A stretch of 64,000 nt of DNA from Candidatus Bathyarchaeota archaeon (GCA_963720565.1 CAVRFW010000013.1:74419-138418); one strand, 5' to 3'. Shown: positions 11,052 to 21,977, numbered from the stretch's first letter. Numbers and translations are program-made. Notes: a model not told the origin generated them from the sequence alone.

Positions 11052-11774
11052 TCCAGAACGTTTCAGTTCTTCAATTGAAATCTTTCCAGAGTGCAGAGCC
11101 GTCGCAGCCAAAACACCATAAACGCCTATTTTCTTCATCTCAAGCAAATCTCCCAAGTCCCGAACTCCACCGCCTACAAACAACTTTACCATGGAATTTG
11201 TAAGGGCTGTTTTCAGAATCTGGGAATTTATTCCTTCCCCGCTACCAACTCTTGCCAAGTCCAACACGATAAAACTCTCAACACCAACTCTCTGAAATTC
11301 ACTAAGCAAAGCCAACGGTTCAGCGAACTCGCCCGACGGAAGTTGGCTGAGCAACTTGTTTCCCATCAAATCAATACTCACGATGACCCTTTCGCTGCCG
11401 AAAGTCTCAACAGCTTTCGCGACGAAGTCCATGCTTCGCAGAGTTTCTGTTCCAATAACAACCTTCGACGCGTGACTTTCCAAGACTTTTTCTGCTTGTT
11501 CAATATTCGCCACGCCGGCATCCACCATCAACTCGAGCCCTGTTTTCTCAGCAATGCGTCTGTATATGGCGTAGTTTGCCTTGTTTCCAATAATAGCGTC
11601 CAGATCTGCGAGGTAAAGATCTTGAAAACCGCACTCTTTGAAGGCAGATGCAACCTCTAAGGGGTCAGCAGAAGAACACAGCACGCTCTTGACTGGCTGA
11701 TAATATTTTCTTCGACCCCTAACCGCGTGAACAACAATGCCGCCAAGAATGTCGATGACGGGTACTATCTTCAA
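11040..11774 (-). CDS. HisA/HisF-like TIM-barrel protein of C1-cofactor clusters
   Basis: IVPVIDILGGIVVHAVRG, LYLADLDAI, VDAGV, LDLARVGSGEG, VGGGVR; divergent from mfnB. Confidence 0.8.
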   Translation of the reverse strand: MKIVPVIDILGGIVVHAVRGRRKYYQPVKSVLCSSADPLEVASAFKECGFQDLYLADLDAIIGNKANYAIYRRIAEKTGLELMVDAGVANIEQAEKVLESHASKVVIGTETLRSMDFVAKAVETFGSERVIVSIDLMGNKLLSQLPSGEFAEPLALLSEFQRVGVESFIVLDLARVGSGEGINSQILKTALTNSMVKLFVGGGVRDLGDLLEMKKIGVYGVLAATALHSGKISIEELKRSGLMH

Positions 11775-11915
11775 TCGTTTCTACCCCTCTTGGAAAATAA
11801 AAGCGCTCATAGAAAAGAGTATTGCCGACAAGACTTGCATGGCTCAAAACGGAAAGACGAGTTGTCTAATCAAAAACTTTAAAGGCACTGGTAAACCGCA
11901 TCATTATGACCTAGA

Positions 11916-12647
11916 TTGAAGCTACTCATAAGTCCCGTTAACGAAAGTGAAGCCATGGAAGCAATCGCTGGAAAAGCAGACATCATAGACGTTAAAAACC
12001 CAAGAGAAGGCGCGTTAGGCGCGAACTACCCTTGGGTAATTTCGAGGATCAGGCAGCTCGCTCCAAAAGACATTGAAGTGAGCTGCACCATAGGCGAAGC
12101 GCCTAGCCTCCCAGCTACCATGTCGCTGGCTGCTTTAGGAGCGGCATCAACGGGTGTGAACTACATCAAAGCCGGTCTTTGGGGTTTAAAAACAACCAAA
12201 GAAGCCGTTAGCCTATTGCAGAATATTTCCAAGGCAGTCAAGGAATCACACCCGACGATCAACGTGGTTGCAACAGGGTACGCGGACGCCGAAAGAGTAG
12301 ACACAGTAAACCCTATGTGCATCCCGGAGATAGCCTACAAGGCCAATGCGGACTTTGCCATGCTCGACACTGCAATCAAGGACGGGAAAAGCCTCTTCAC
12401 CTTCCTCGAGAAAGAGCAACTTAAAACTTTCATCTCCAAAGCTCGGGATTTCGGCCTCAAAACAGCATTAGCCGGCTCGCTCAGCAAAGAGGATTTAGTT
12501 ACAATCAAAGAGTTAGGGCCGGATGTTGTGGGTTTAAGAGGTGCAGCTTGCGCCAACGGAGATAGGGCAAACGGTCAAATCACAAGGGAAAAAGTGCAAG
12601 AACTCACTAGCATCCTCAAGCACGCAGCCAAAGAAAGCCCCACTTGA
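11916..12647 (+). CDS. mfnB: (5-formylfuran-3-yl)methyl phosphate synthase
   Basis: KLLISP..EA.EA..G.ADIIDVKNPREGALGANYPW, MLDTAIKDGKSLF, ALAGSL, GLRGAAC. Confidence 0.92.
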   Translation: MKLLISPVNESEAMEAIAGKADIIDVKNPREGALGANYPWVISRIRQLAPKDIEVSCTIGEAPSLPATMSLAALGAASTGVNYIKAGLWGLKTTKEAVSLLQNISKAVKESHPTINVVATGYADAERVDTVNPMCIPEIAYKANADFAMLDTAIKDGKSLFTFLEKEQLKTFISKARDFGLKTALAGSLSKEDLVTIKELGPDVVGLRGAACANGDRANGQITREKVQELTSILKHAAKESPT

Positions 12648-12659
12648 ACTAGGTGAAAT

Positions 12660-13809
12660 ATGCCGTTGCGAACCAAAGGGCTAACAAAAAAAGCCGTCGT
12701 GGTCGAACTGAAGAAAGCCCTAGAGCAAGACTCGAAATACTCTGATGGAAAAATTTTGTGCTCAATGTGCACCCGACCCCATCCCATCGCTAAGATTGCT
12801 AATCGCCTGTTTTTGGAGTCAAACCTGGGAGACCCCGGATTATTTCTTGGAAGCCTTAGGCTGGAAAGAGAAGCCATTAAGAAGTTGGCAACTTTTCTGA
12901 ATGGAGAAGGCAGTGTCGGCTTCCTTGTTTCAGGAGGAACGGAGGCAAATCTGATGGCGCTGCTGGCAGCAAGAAACATGAAAAACATTGGCAACCCAGA
13001 AGTCGTATTGCCCAGAATCAGCGCATTTTTCCTTCACGAAAATCTGTGGTTTGCTTGGATTGAAACCAGTCTATGCGAGTCTAGACGACTCGTACAGGGT
13101 TGACGATGCGTCGGTGGAGAAGTGTTTGACATCCAAAACCGTGGCGATGGTTGGCACGGCTGGGACAGCTGAGCTGGGTGTGGTTGACCCGATTGCTAAG
13201 CTCTCAGAAATCGCGGTTAAAAACGAAATTTACCTTCATGTAGACGCCGCTCTAGGCGGCCTCATAATTCCGTTTCTAGAACCCTCAGACCGTAGCAGTT
13301 TAGCCTTCGATTTTCGGTTGGAAGGGGTAAAATCAGTTACTGTTGACCCTCATAAGATGGGAATGACGACACTCCCGGCTGGCGGGATTCTGTTCCGAAA
13401 CAACAATTACCTAGACTGCATTAAGACAGAGACGCCTTATTTAACAGAAAAACATCAGCACACGATAGTTGGAACAAGAACCGGAGCAGCCGCAGCAGCA
13501 ACATGGGCCGTCTTTGAAACCTTAGGCCGCGAAGGATTCCAAAAGATTACTAGACAATGCATAAAGCTGACCCGGCTACTAGCAACGAAACTTGATGCGT
13601 TTGGCTATGGCCTTGTTGTCCAACCGACGTTGAACATAGTTGCTTTCCGCAGTTCAAATTCAAGTTTGCTTCACAAGAAGTTATTGCAGCGTGGCTGGTT
13701 TGTCTCCTATGTTCCACGTCTAGACTGCGTGAGAATCGTGATAATGCCTCACACCAAGAAGAATCATATCCATGCTTTCCTGCGGGATCTGCGCAACGTT
13801 GATAGGTAA
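12660..13809 (+). CDS. mfnA: tyrosine decarboxylase (PLP), frameshift near 13015
   Basis: ILCSMCT, SNLGDPGLF, SGGTEAN, SAHFSF, HVDAALGG, VDPHKMG (PLP lysine). Confidence 0.9.
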
Positions 13810-13863
13810 TTAGGAAAAAGCTTTTAGACTCAACCTTTTCTCTTCGACTTTGAGAGAACACCT

Positions 13864-15091
13864 TTGCGGATTCTGGTCTACGAGTACCTGTCAGGAGGAG
13901 GCGCAGCCAAAGAACCGATTCCTCCAGACATGTTAAGCGAAGGCTTCGGAATGCTGAGAACGCTAATCTCAGATTTCAAAGCAGCAGGAAACAACGTAAC
14001 AACTTTCCTGGACAAGCGACTTACAGTTTTCAGTCCGCCCTTAAACGCCGACAACGTTATCCCGGCCTCTTCGTGGCAACAAGCAAAAAACACAATTGAA
14101 AATATCTCTGGTGCCTTCGATGCAGCATACATTATTGGACCAGAAACAAACCACATCACTCCAATCCATTGTCGAAACCATTGAACAAACATCCTTGACC
14201 TCGCTAAACTGCCCCGCCAGCGCGATTGAGCAAGCATCAAACAAAATGAACCTCTACAAACGCCTCAAACAAAGAGGAATAAGCACACCAAAAACGATAA
14301 TGCTCGACGTTTCAAACAAGAAAGAAGAGAGTTTGCAGCTTACAGAATGCCAACTCGAGTTTCCATTGATGTTTAAACCTCTGGACGGAGTAAGCTGTAG
14401 TGGGTCAAGCATCGTTCATGACAAGACTCAAGTGGCCGCTGCTGTCTCCAAGATACGAAAGGAATCAACAGACAAACATTTTCTCATTCAAGAGTATTTG
14501 AAGGGAACTGCCGCCAGTGTTAGCTTGATTGTTTCAAATCAAGGAGTGCGGCCTATCAGTTTGAACAAGCAAGATTTGACCATATCAAAGCCTGGAGGCA
14601 CCTCTAGTTATGACGGAGGCTTGGTTCCGTTTGATGATCCGCTGAGGCAGGAAGCCTTTGCTGTTGCAGCGAAAGCGGTAGAATCCTTCGAAAACCTGAA
14701 AGGCTACGTTGGAGTTGATTTAGTCTTAACGGAAAAGGAAGCTGTGGTAATAGAAGTTAATCCTCGCCTAACTACGTCGTATGTGGGTTTGAAACAAACT
14801 GCAGATTTCAGCGTCGCCCAGGCCATTGCTCACTCTGTTTTGGAAAACCGCCTGCCCGACGATGTTCAACTTCGCGGTTATTCATGTTTTGGAAAAGTTA
14901 AAACACGCAAACCAGCAGCTAGTGTTCTTCAGAAAACCTACAAACTTGAGGATCTCGTGTCTCCTCCTTTTCCCACGAGCACCGCCGGCGCATGTGCCCT
15001 CCTTCAGCACCATGGATCAACTATTGATGAAAGCGTGGCAGGACTAATTAAAGCGAGGAAGCATCTTCACAGAATATTGAGGGGAGGCTGA
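13864..15091 (+). CDS. mfnD: tyramine--L-glutamate ligase (ATP-grasp), frameshift near 14160
   Basis: ILVYEYLSGG..EGFGML, KPLDGVSC, QEYLKG..ASVSLI, GYVGVD, IEVNPRLTTSY; operon context. Confidence 0.85.
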
Positions 15092-15094
15092 ACA

Positions 15095-16177
15095 CTGGCG
15101 AACTATGTCGGCTTAGATATTGGAGGCGCAAATACAAAAGCCGTATTCATAAGCGTAGACCAGGGTCAGTTACGCGGAACTAAAGTCAAAATTGAATATT
15201 TTCCGATATGGAAAGACCCTGAAAAGCTTGTGTCGACGCTTCGTAAACTTCGAGAGTGGCTAGGCAAAGTCGAAATCACCGGTTTAGGTGTAACCATGAC
15301 GGCTGAACTCTCTGATGCTTACCAAACAAAACGAGAGGGTGTTAATCACATATTGGCGTGTGTTGCCAAAGTCTTTCCCGACATTCCCGTTGTCGTCTTG
15401 AATGTGGACGTGGCTCTGCGGCCTTTGAGTAATGCGCTGTCGGAACCGTTGAAGGTTGCGTCGGCTAACTGGGCAGCAACTGGCTGGCTAATTTCTCGGC
15501 TGGTCAAGGACTGTGTCGTGGTTGATGTTGGAAGCACGAGCACCAGCATAATTCCCGTTGTCGGAGGGCGTGTATCATGCGATGGAAAGACGGATTTAGA
15601 GAAACTGGCTAATGGAGAACTCGTGTACACGGGCGTCTTGCGTACGAATGTGGCAGCCATGGTCAATGATGTTCCAGTTGGGGAAACGTGCTCGAGGGTT
15701 TCTTCTGAACTGTTCGCTCTGTCCGGTGATGTGCATCTGATTCTGGGAAACATAAAGCCGGAAGAATACACGGTGGAAACTGCAGACGGTCGGGGAAAAA
15801 CTCGTTATGAAGCCTTGGCTCGACTTGCCCGAGTTGTGTGCGCTGACACTGACATGCTCAGCGAACAAGAGCTTTTGCCCATGGCACAATACATCTACAA
15901 CAGTCAACTCGAACAAGTAGCCAATGCCTTAAAGCAAGTTCTTGAAAGAACGGAACTGGCTGCAAAAAAGAGAGTCACGGTTGTTGTTACGGGAATCGGA
16001 AAGGAATCTGTCGCTCGAAGAGCAGCAGAGAAATCTGGCTTCCGCGAGATCGTTGACTTGGAAGATCTGATACACAACGTCGAAGCAGCTAGGGCTTCGC
16101 CCGCCTTCGGCGTTGCTCTTTTAGCCGCAGAAAAGTTGGAAGAGAGGACATTTCAATGGACGCCGTTGTCAAAGTAG
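15095..16177 (+). CDS. mfnF: MfnF, hydantoinase/oxoprolinase family
   Basis: In-frame upstream extension gives YVGLDIGGANTK; also GVTMTAELSD, ASANW, DVGSTST, ELVYTGVLRT, RLARVVCAD. Probable CTG start at 15095. Confidence 0.88.
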   Translation: MANYVGLDIGGANTKAVFISVDQGQLRGTKVKIEYFPIWKDPEKLVSTLRKLREWLGKVEITGLGVTMTAELSDAYQTKREGVNHILACVAKVFPDIPVVVLNVDVALRPLSNALSEPLKVASANWAATGWLISRLVKDCVVVDVGSTSTSIIPVVGGRVSCDGKTDLEKLANGELVYTGVLRTNVAAMVNDVPVGETCSRVSSELFALSGDVHLILGNIKPEEYTVETADGRGKTRYEALARLARVVCADTDMLSEQELLPMAQYIYNSQLEQVANALKQVLERTELAAKKRVTVVVTGIGKESVARRAAEKSGFREIVDLEDLIHNVEAARASPAFGVALLAAEKLEERTFQWTPLSK

Positions 16178-16968
16178 GCGGTAGCTTAGCCCAAAACCCT
16201 GCAATACTTCGAGGCTTATGCAGCAGACTGAGTGAATACGCTAGGGATTACAAGATAGTCGTTGTGCCCGGAGGAGGAAGGTTCGCCGATGTTGTACGAG
16301 AATTTGACGAGAGCTTTAGCCTGTCTCAAACAACGTCCCACAAGATGGCTATTCTGGGCATGGACCAGTATGCTATAATGCTAGCAGAAATCACGCCCGG
16401 ATCGCGTTTGGTTAGCACCGTCAAAGAGATTGGAGAGTTTTCCAAAATTGGGGCTGCACAGATTCTTCTGCCATCCCGCTTGATGTTCGAGGAAAATCCT
16501 TTGGAAAATTCATGGGACGTTACGTCAGATTCGATCGCGGCCTACGTTGCAAACCGGTTAGGAGCCGCCAAACTCGTCTTAGTAACTAATGTTGATGGAG
16601 TTTTCACGAAGAATCCCCAAGAACATTCGGATGCCAAACTGATTAAAAAGATAACCGCCAAAGAATTGCTTGCGGGAAGCCAAAGAACAAGCGTCGATAA
16701 GTTTCTTCCAAAACTGCTCTTGAAATACCCTTTTCATTGTTACGTGGTCAATGGCAAGCATCCTGAAAGGGTCAGGTCTGTTTTGGCGGGAAAACTGACG
16801 ATCTGCACGGAAATACTGCTTCTTCTTCGAAGTAACCTTTCCCTTCCGAAAAAAATATTCCACAGCATATTTCTATCTCACCACACATTCAATTTAGTTG
16901 TTGAGATGCAAAACCGTGAAGATAATCGAGAAGAACTTGCAGCAGGGCTTTGTGAAGGTGGTTCCTGA
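16156..16968 (+). CDS. mfnE: MfnE amino-acid-kinase family protein
   Basis: VVKVGGSL, VVPGGGRFAD, H.MAILGMDQY, SWDVTSDSIA, TNVDG. The 3' end may be over-extended by an indel. Confidence 0.85.
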   Translation: MDAVVKVGGSLAQNPAILRGLCSRLSEYARDYKIVVVPGGGRFADVVREFDESFSLSQTTSHKMAILGMDQYAIMLAEITPGSRLVSTVKEIGEFSKIGAAQILLPSRLMFEENPLENSWDVTSDSIAAYVANRLGAAKLVLVTNVDGVFTKNPQEHSDAKLIKKITAKELLAGSQRTSVDKFLPKLLLKYPFHCYVVNGKHPERVRSVLAGKLTICTEILLLLRSNLSLPKKIFHSIFLSHHTFNLVVEMQNREDNREELAAGLCEGGS

Positions 16969-18004
16969 TTCGGCAGATGATCTCTGGCACCTTTACAACG
17001 TCATCTACAAGGATGATGAAGTTTACGCTTTCTCTTCAAGAGCCATCAAGTCTGACGTAGAGTATTCAAGACCTAAGAGCGCCGAACGAGTTTCTGCGTT
17101 TATGGGAGTCACAGTCGAATCGGTTAGCTGGGACAAGTTTCTGGGAAGGCTTCGCGTTCACGGTCTCATCTGTCATGCTCCCGACATTATTCCAACAGGT
17201 GCTCATCACACGCTTAGCATAGCGTTGAATCAGCCCTTGACAATAGTGAAGAAATCATGGGCTAAGCACCTGCTGGACCGGATTACGAGAGCCAGCCAAA
17301 CCGAGAAGACAATGCTGATTCTTGCCATTGACGACGAAAGCTACGCCATAGCCGAAACCAAGCAGTACGGCGTGGAAGTTAAAGTGGAAGAACGCATGAA
17401 ATTGCCAGGAAAACTGGAAGCTGAAAAAAGGTCTTTGGCCACGCGGGATTACTTTCGCCGAGTACTTAGCAGCCTAAACCAACTCTGGACACCTGCTCAC
17501 AATCCAATAATGATCGTGGGCGTGGGATTCATAAAAACCGACTTCACAAAGTTTTTGGCTGAAGAAGCACCTGAAGTATCCAAGTCTGTCGTTGACATAA
17601 AAAGCGTCAACAACGGTGGCGTAGCTGGAATTCACGAAGCACTGCGCTCAGGCGTGCTTTTGACGGCCGCCCACAAGCTGCGCATATTTGACGAAACCGA
17701 AATCATGGAGGAAATCTTGAAAAGACTCGGGAAAGGCGAAGGCACTGTGACTTACGGGCTTGGCCAGGTCGAAAGCGCAGTTAAGCTGGGAGCAGTTGAG
17801 AAAATTGTGTTAGCCGACACACTTTTGCGGGATGCAACTGAAGAGCAGCGGTTACATCTTGAAGAGACTATGCGCGAAGTAGAATATCGAAGAGGAAGCG
17901 TCACGGTCGTCAGCACAGAACACGAGGCAGGCTCCAAACTCCTCGCGCTGGGAGGAATTGCAGCACTCCTCAGATTTCCGATTTTCATCAACAGCTCAAA
18001 ATAG
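16916..18004 (+). CDS. pelA: mRNA surveillance protein pelota
   Basis: VVPDSADDLWHLYN, RLRVHG, GAHHTL, TYGL..V..A...GAVE, STEHEAG..L..LGGIAALLRF. Confidence 0.92.
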   Translation: MKIIEKNLQQGFVKVVPDSADDLWHLYNVIYKDDEVYAFSSRAIKSDVEYSRPKSAERVSAFMGVTVESVSWDKFLGRLRVHGLICHAPDIIPTGAHHTLSIALNQPLTIVKKSWAKHLLDRITRASQTEKTMLILAIDDESYAIAETKQYGVEVKVEERMKLPGKLEAEKRSLATRDYFRRVLSSLNQLWTPAHNPIMIVGVGFIKTDFTKFLAEEAPEVSKSVVDIKSVNNGGVAGIHEALRSGVLLTAAHKLRIFDETEIMEEILKRLGKGEGTVTYGLGQVESAVKLGAVEKIVLADTLLRDATEEQRLHLEETMREVEYRRGSVTVVSTEHEAGSKLLALGGIAALLRFPIFINSSK

Positions 18005-18167
18005 GGTAATTCGAGTTTCGATAGGAGTGCAGTTTCCTGCCCGAAGAGCACATTGCAGTTTGCTAGATTCCTTGTTTTCTATCTTCTAGAAGTGCAAGAT
18101 TCAACCTGTGTTTCCTTTATAAATAGATGATGTTATATACTCGTGCTCTTTTAAATAGACAAGAAAC

Positions 18168-18740
18168 GTGAGTCGAATGAGCAAACGAAAGCCAATAATT
18201 CACATTCAAAACATTGTAGCTTCAGTTTCCTTGAATCAAAAGATTGATTTACAGAAGATCGTTGAAAAGTTTCCGCAAACCGAATACAATCCCAGCGTGT
18301 TTCCAGGCTTGGTCTTTCGCTTGAAAAAGCCCAAGACTGCCACTTTGATTTTCGGAACAGGCAAGATGGTTTGTACAGGTGCAAAGTCGGAGAAAGAATC
18401 GCGGAGCGCGGTGGAAAAAGTTGTGAAGGAACTCAGAAGCGAGGGGATTCAGATAACAGAAAAGCCTGTTGTGATGATTCAGAACATTGTTGCTTCTGCG
18501 GAGTTGGGCGGAGAAATAGACTTGGAAAGCCTCGTTTACAAGCTTAGTAGGGTCATGTACGAGCCAGAACAGTTCCCAGGCGCTGTCTTCAGAATGGACG
18601 AGCCAAAGGTCGTGTTCCTCATCTTCTCAGCCGGAAAGCTTGTCTGCGTTGGCGCCAAGAAAGAAGAGCAAGTCTACGAAGCTGTTGACAAAATACAAAA
18701 ACTGCTCGAAGAGAAAGAACTAATCTTCTATCCCGCATAA
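18168..18740 (+). CDS. tbp: TATA-box binding protein
   Basis: Two repeats: IQNIVAS...YNPSVFPGLVFR..LIFGTGKMVCTGAK and YEPEQFPG..FSAGKLVCVGAK. Confidence 0.96.
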   Translation: MSRMSKRKPIIHIQNIVASVSLNQKIDLQKIVEKFPQTEYNPSVFPGLVFRLKKPKTATLIFGTGKMVCTGAKSEKESRSAVEKVVKELRSEGIQITEKPVVMIQNIVASAELGGEIDLESLVYKLSRVMYEPEQFPGAVFRMDEPKVVFLIFSAGKLVCVGAKKEEQVYEAVDKIQKLLEEKELIFYPA

Positions 18741-19457
18741 GCCATCTTTTTCATTTTTCTACGCAACGCCGGATTCTCATCAGACAATTTCTTAAGCGCC
18801 ATCTCAAAAGTTTCTTCGCTGCTTACTTCTTTTTTGATGAACACGCCTGTTCTGCCAACATTGTCTCGCTTCGTAAGAGCCCGAACGCGGTCTCGAACCG
18901 TCTCTGTTGATATTCCCAGAATTCTCGCGGTCTGCTCTTCACAGCCCATGATGCTGCTTTCAACATGTCCCCTCTCTGTTGGTTCAATCAGCATCAAACG
19001 CTTGTTGACTCCTGCCACACGCTTGTCTGCCTCTAGTTGGCTTAGGGTTGCTTCGCCTCCGAACTTGTAGAATTCGGTTTCTACCTTGCGCATGCGGGTC
19101 AGAGAAATAGAAACGCTGGTTTTGGGGTCTATTTCGATGTAAGCTTTCACCGCATAAGTTGGGGTCGCCTGAACCAGCAAGCGATTATTAACAGTAATTT
19201 GGGCTTTTTCCAGCGCTGTTTCTACGAGGAACGATGATGCCTGTTCGCGTCAAGTGAATATCCACGTCGCTGTTCTTGGTTACGTCTCCGCGGGCAAGGC
19301 TCCCATGAACAAGCGTTCGCAGGCAACTGCTTTCCAGTGCCTTCATTATGTGTTTGGCTTTTTCCCGATGTTCTCGAAGGAGAGCCCAACGGGCATCGCT
19401 GTAGACTATTTCTCTGAAGTCTGCACGTCTCACTGGTTTAGCCGCCATCAACATCAA
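18728..19457 (-). CDS. predicted nucleotidyltransferase (COG2413-like), frameshifted near 19190-19250
   Basis: VHGSLARGDV...SDVDI in the 5' ORF; QATP..AVKAYIE..EFYKFGG..RVAGVNKRL..RD.VGRTGVF in the 3' ORF. Confidence 0.75.
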
Positions 19458-19612
19458 TCCATCATAAGTTGTTAATGTTCAATGCTTATTTAGTTAACAC
19501 TACCCGAGAGAATCCACTGTTATGGTCCAAGTTCGCACTTTTTCTCCATTTGAGTTTGATTGCATAGCAATTCATATGGGAGGAAGTTTTATTCTGAAGT
19601 GGTAGCTGAAAA

Positions 19613-20704
19613 ATGAATAAGACCAAGTTAGTCGCAGTAGTAGCCGTTGTTGTATGTATCAGTTTGGCTGCGAGCCTCGTCTATGCAAACAATCAGTACA
19701 CTTTAGTGCTTGAGGGAAAAGACAGGGACATAGATGACCTGCACAAACTCGAAGCTGTCTTGATAGCGGAAAGGGATGAAGCGAGGAAACAGCGTGATGA
19801 GCTTTCATTCGATGTTCAGCGTTACATGAACTTGACTCAGGAATTGCAGGGAATAATTGACGAGCTGAACAAGACAAATGCGGACCTGAGAGACATCTTA
19901 GTCGGGGGCGATAGTGACCTCGAAACCATTATCTTTCACGTTTGCGAGAAAGGCGAAACCAGCGATTTTGGTCGCCTTCCAAACGCAACCTACGTCCTCA
20001 ATCAAATCAAGAACCTCACTGATTCATATGAGGTTCTGTTCCTTCCCGAATATGTGGGCAATCTTAACTGGACCGAAACTTACGCTTGGCTCTTAGAGAA
20101 CTTTGGCAACGAAGAAATTGTGTTGTCCACGTTTGAAGGTGGAGAAGATGAGATTCCAAACGTGATGCTTGAAATCACCCAGCTTAGCCAAGCAGTCCAA
20201 ACACTCAACGTTAAGATGCTTAGGATTGCTGAAATCCAGAGTTTTTACATGAACATTAGTCAACCTTTGCCTTTAGAATGGATTAGAGAAGTTCTGTATT
20301 TCGCCAGAGCAAACAATCTTAGAGTTGTCTGGAGCGAATGGAAACTTGGCGACGACGTTTACCCAAACATCACCAGAGCCATCGAAGGCTTTGAGGATAT
20401 TGTGACTTTCACATTCCAGACAAATGATGAATACCATGAACCTTTCGAGGGATACTTGGACGCGAGCAACACGTTTGTACACTGGGGTGCCTCGGTGCAA
20501 CCTTGGTACTATGTTGACCATGACCTTGGAGACTTGATGGATATGCCGCCTATGTTGATGGTTGAGCATTTGGTTCAGGCTCTTAACAGGGGCGCGGAGA
20601 TTGTCCAGTTTGAGCCGTACTGGTACTTCTTTGACAATTACGGGGAACCCTATGAAGCTTTTAACTTGCTAAAAGAAGTTTTTAGCAACCACCGCTATTA
20701 CTAA
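19613..20704 (+). CDS. secreted hypothetical protein (signal/TM, coiled coil, acidic alpha/beta domain)
   Basis: 363-aa ORF, hydrophobic N-terminus, heptad-like segment at about aa 35-95. Confidence 0.7.
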   Translation: MNKTKLVAVVAVVVCISLAASLVYANNQYTLVLEGKDRDIDDLHKLEAVLIAERDEARKQRDELSFDVQRYMNLTQELQGIIDELNKTNADLRDILVGGDSDLETIIFHVCEKGETSDFGRLPNATYVLNQIKNLTDSYEVLFLPEYVGNLNWTETYAWLLENFGNEEIVLSTFEGGEDEIPNVMLEITQLSQAVQTLNVKMLRIAEIQSFYMNISQPLPLEWIREVLYFARANNLRVVWSEWKLGDDVYPNITRAIEGFEDIVTFTFQTNDEYHEPFEGYLDASNTFVHWGASVQPWYYVDHDLGDLMDMPPMLMVEHLVQALNRGAEIVQFEPYWYFFDNYGEPYEAFNLLKEVFSNHRYY

Positions 20705-20736
20705 CTGAGCGTGCTCACAAGACGGTAGCGCCAAAA

Positions 20737-21690
20737 GTGATTAAATTGAAGACTGACGCTGATTCCTGCAGGGCTTGCAAACGAAGAGCAGCATTCTTTT
20801 TTAGGCCATACTCTGGAGAAAAGCTCTGTAAGAAATGTTTTGCCGAGTCAATCGAAGCGAAGGTCAGAGCAACAATCGCCAAACATCACATGTTCAACTA
20901 CAGCGACAAGATAGCCGTGGCCGTCTCCGGGGGTAAGGACAGCCTAAGCCTCCTGCACATTCTAGCGAAGATGGAGCGGCGTCATCCCAAGTCTTCTCTT
21001 GTGGCTATCACAGTGGATGAGGGAATAAGCGGCTACAGAGATGAAGCCCTAAAGCTCACAGTGGAAAGCTGTGAGAAGCTGGGGATAGCGCAGCACACTG
21101 TCTCTTTCAAGGAAATCTACGGTTTAACACTGGACGAGGTAGTGGCTCGATCGAGAAAGAAGAGCGATCACGAGTTAACTTCCTGCTCGTATTGCGGAGT
21201 TCTGCGGAGAAGAGCCCTCAACGTGGCAGCCCGTGAGGTTGGAGCAGACAAGATTGCTACAGCGCACACTCTGGATGATGAGGTCCAGACTGTTCTCATG
21301 AACATTTTCCGAGGCGACATCTCGCGTTTGGTGAAGGAAAAACCGGTGACGGATAATGTTCATCAGCGTTTAGTGCAGAAAGTTAAGCCGTTCTGCGAAA
21401 TTCCAGAGAAAGAAAGTGCCTTGTACGCATACATCAAGAAAATCAGGTTCCAGGATACGCCGTGCCCTTACGCTTCTGAAGCGTTGAGGAACGATATCCG
21501 CTTCGTGCTTAATCATATGGAAGCGAAGCACGCGGGAACAAAATTCACGGTTTCAAAGGCTATGGAACGCATGCGCCCCGTCTTAGATGAATTAGGAAAG
21601 AAAGAGGGTTTTCGCGAATGCGCTGAATGCGGCGAGCCCGCCTCAGCACAACTATGCAAAGTATGTGAAATGTTAAAGAACTTGAGCTAG
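20737..21690 (+). CDS. tRNA 2-thiolation protein, TtuA/Ncs6 (TIGR00269-type)
   Basis: PP-loop AVSGGKDS, CSYCGVLRR, AHTLDD, CPY, Zn fingers at both ends. Confidence 0.9.
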   Translation: MIKLKTDADSCRACKRRAAFFFRPYSGEKLCKKCFAESIEAKVRATIAKHHMFNYSDKIAVAVSGGKDSLSLLHILAKMERRHPKSSLVAITVDEGISGYRDEALKLTVESCEKLGIAQHTVSFKEIYGLTLDEVVARSRKKSDHELTSCSYCGVLRRRALNVAAREVGADKIATAHTLDDEVQTVLMNIFRGDISRLVKEKPVTDNVHQRLVQKVKPFCEIPEKESALYAYIKKIRFQDTPCPYASEALRNDIRFVLNHMEAKHAGTKFTVSKAMERMRPVLDELGKKEGFRECAECGEPASAQLCKVCEMLKNLS

Positions 21691-21905
21691 CAGGTTGATA
21701 GGCTATCGCGCCTGAATTTCTTCTGTTCTTTTAGTTCACGCAAGACTTTTGAAGCCGTGAAAGCATCCTCTGCAGCTGCCAACACGAGCGCTCTTCTTGC
21801 TTCGACGCGAGTACCGCAGTAAGGGCAGGCTCGAGATTTCTGAGTGTCAGCAATTAGCATCAAGTTCCCGCATTTGGAGCATTCTATTATTTTTGTTGGT
21901 GCCAT
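21687..21905 (-). CDS. small Zn-ribbon protein (DUF1922-like)
   Basis: MAPTKIIECSKCG...QKSRACPYCG. Confidence 0.7.
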   Translation of the reverse strand: MAPTKIIECSKCGNLMLIADTQKSRACPYCGTRVEARRALVLAAAEDAFTASKVLRELKEQKKFRRDSLSTC

Positions 21906-21977
21906 TTCATCCTGCCTTTCCGAAAGACTTTTCCACATACACTTAGATAACACTTGGGGAGGGAAAGGTGAGGTGCA

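Noticed and set aside
11040..11774. Bona fide hisA
   Set aside because: No his genes nearby; the motifs and mfn context fit the C1-cluster HisA-like family
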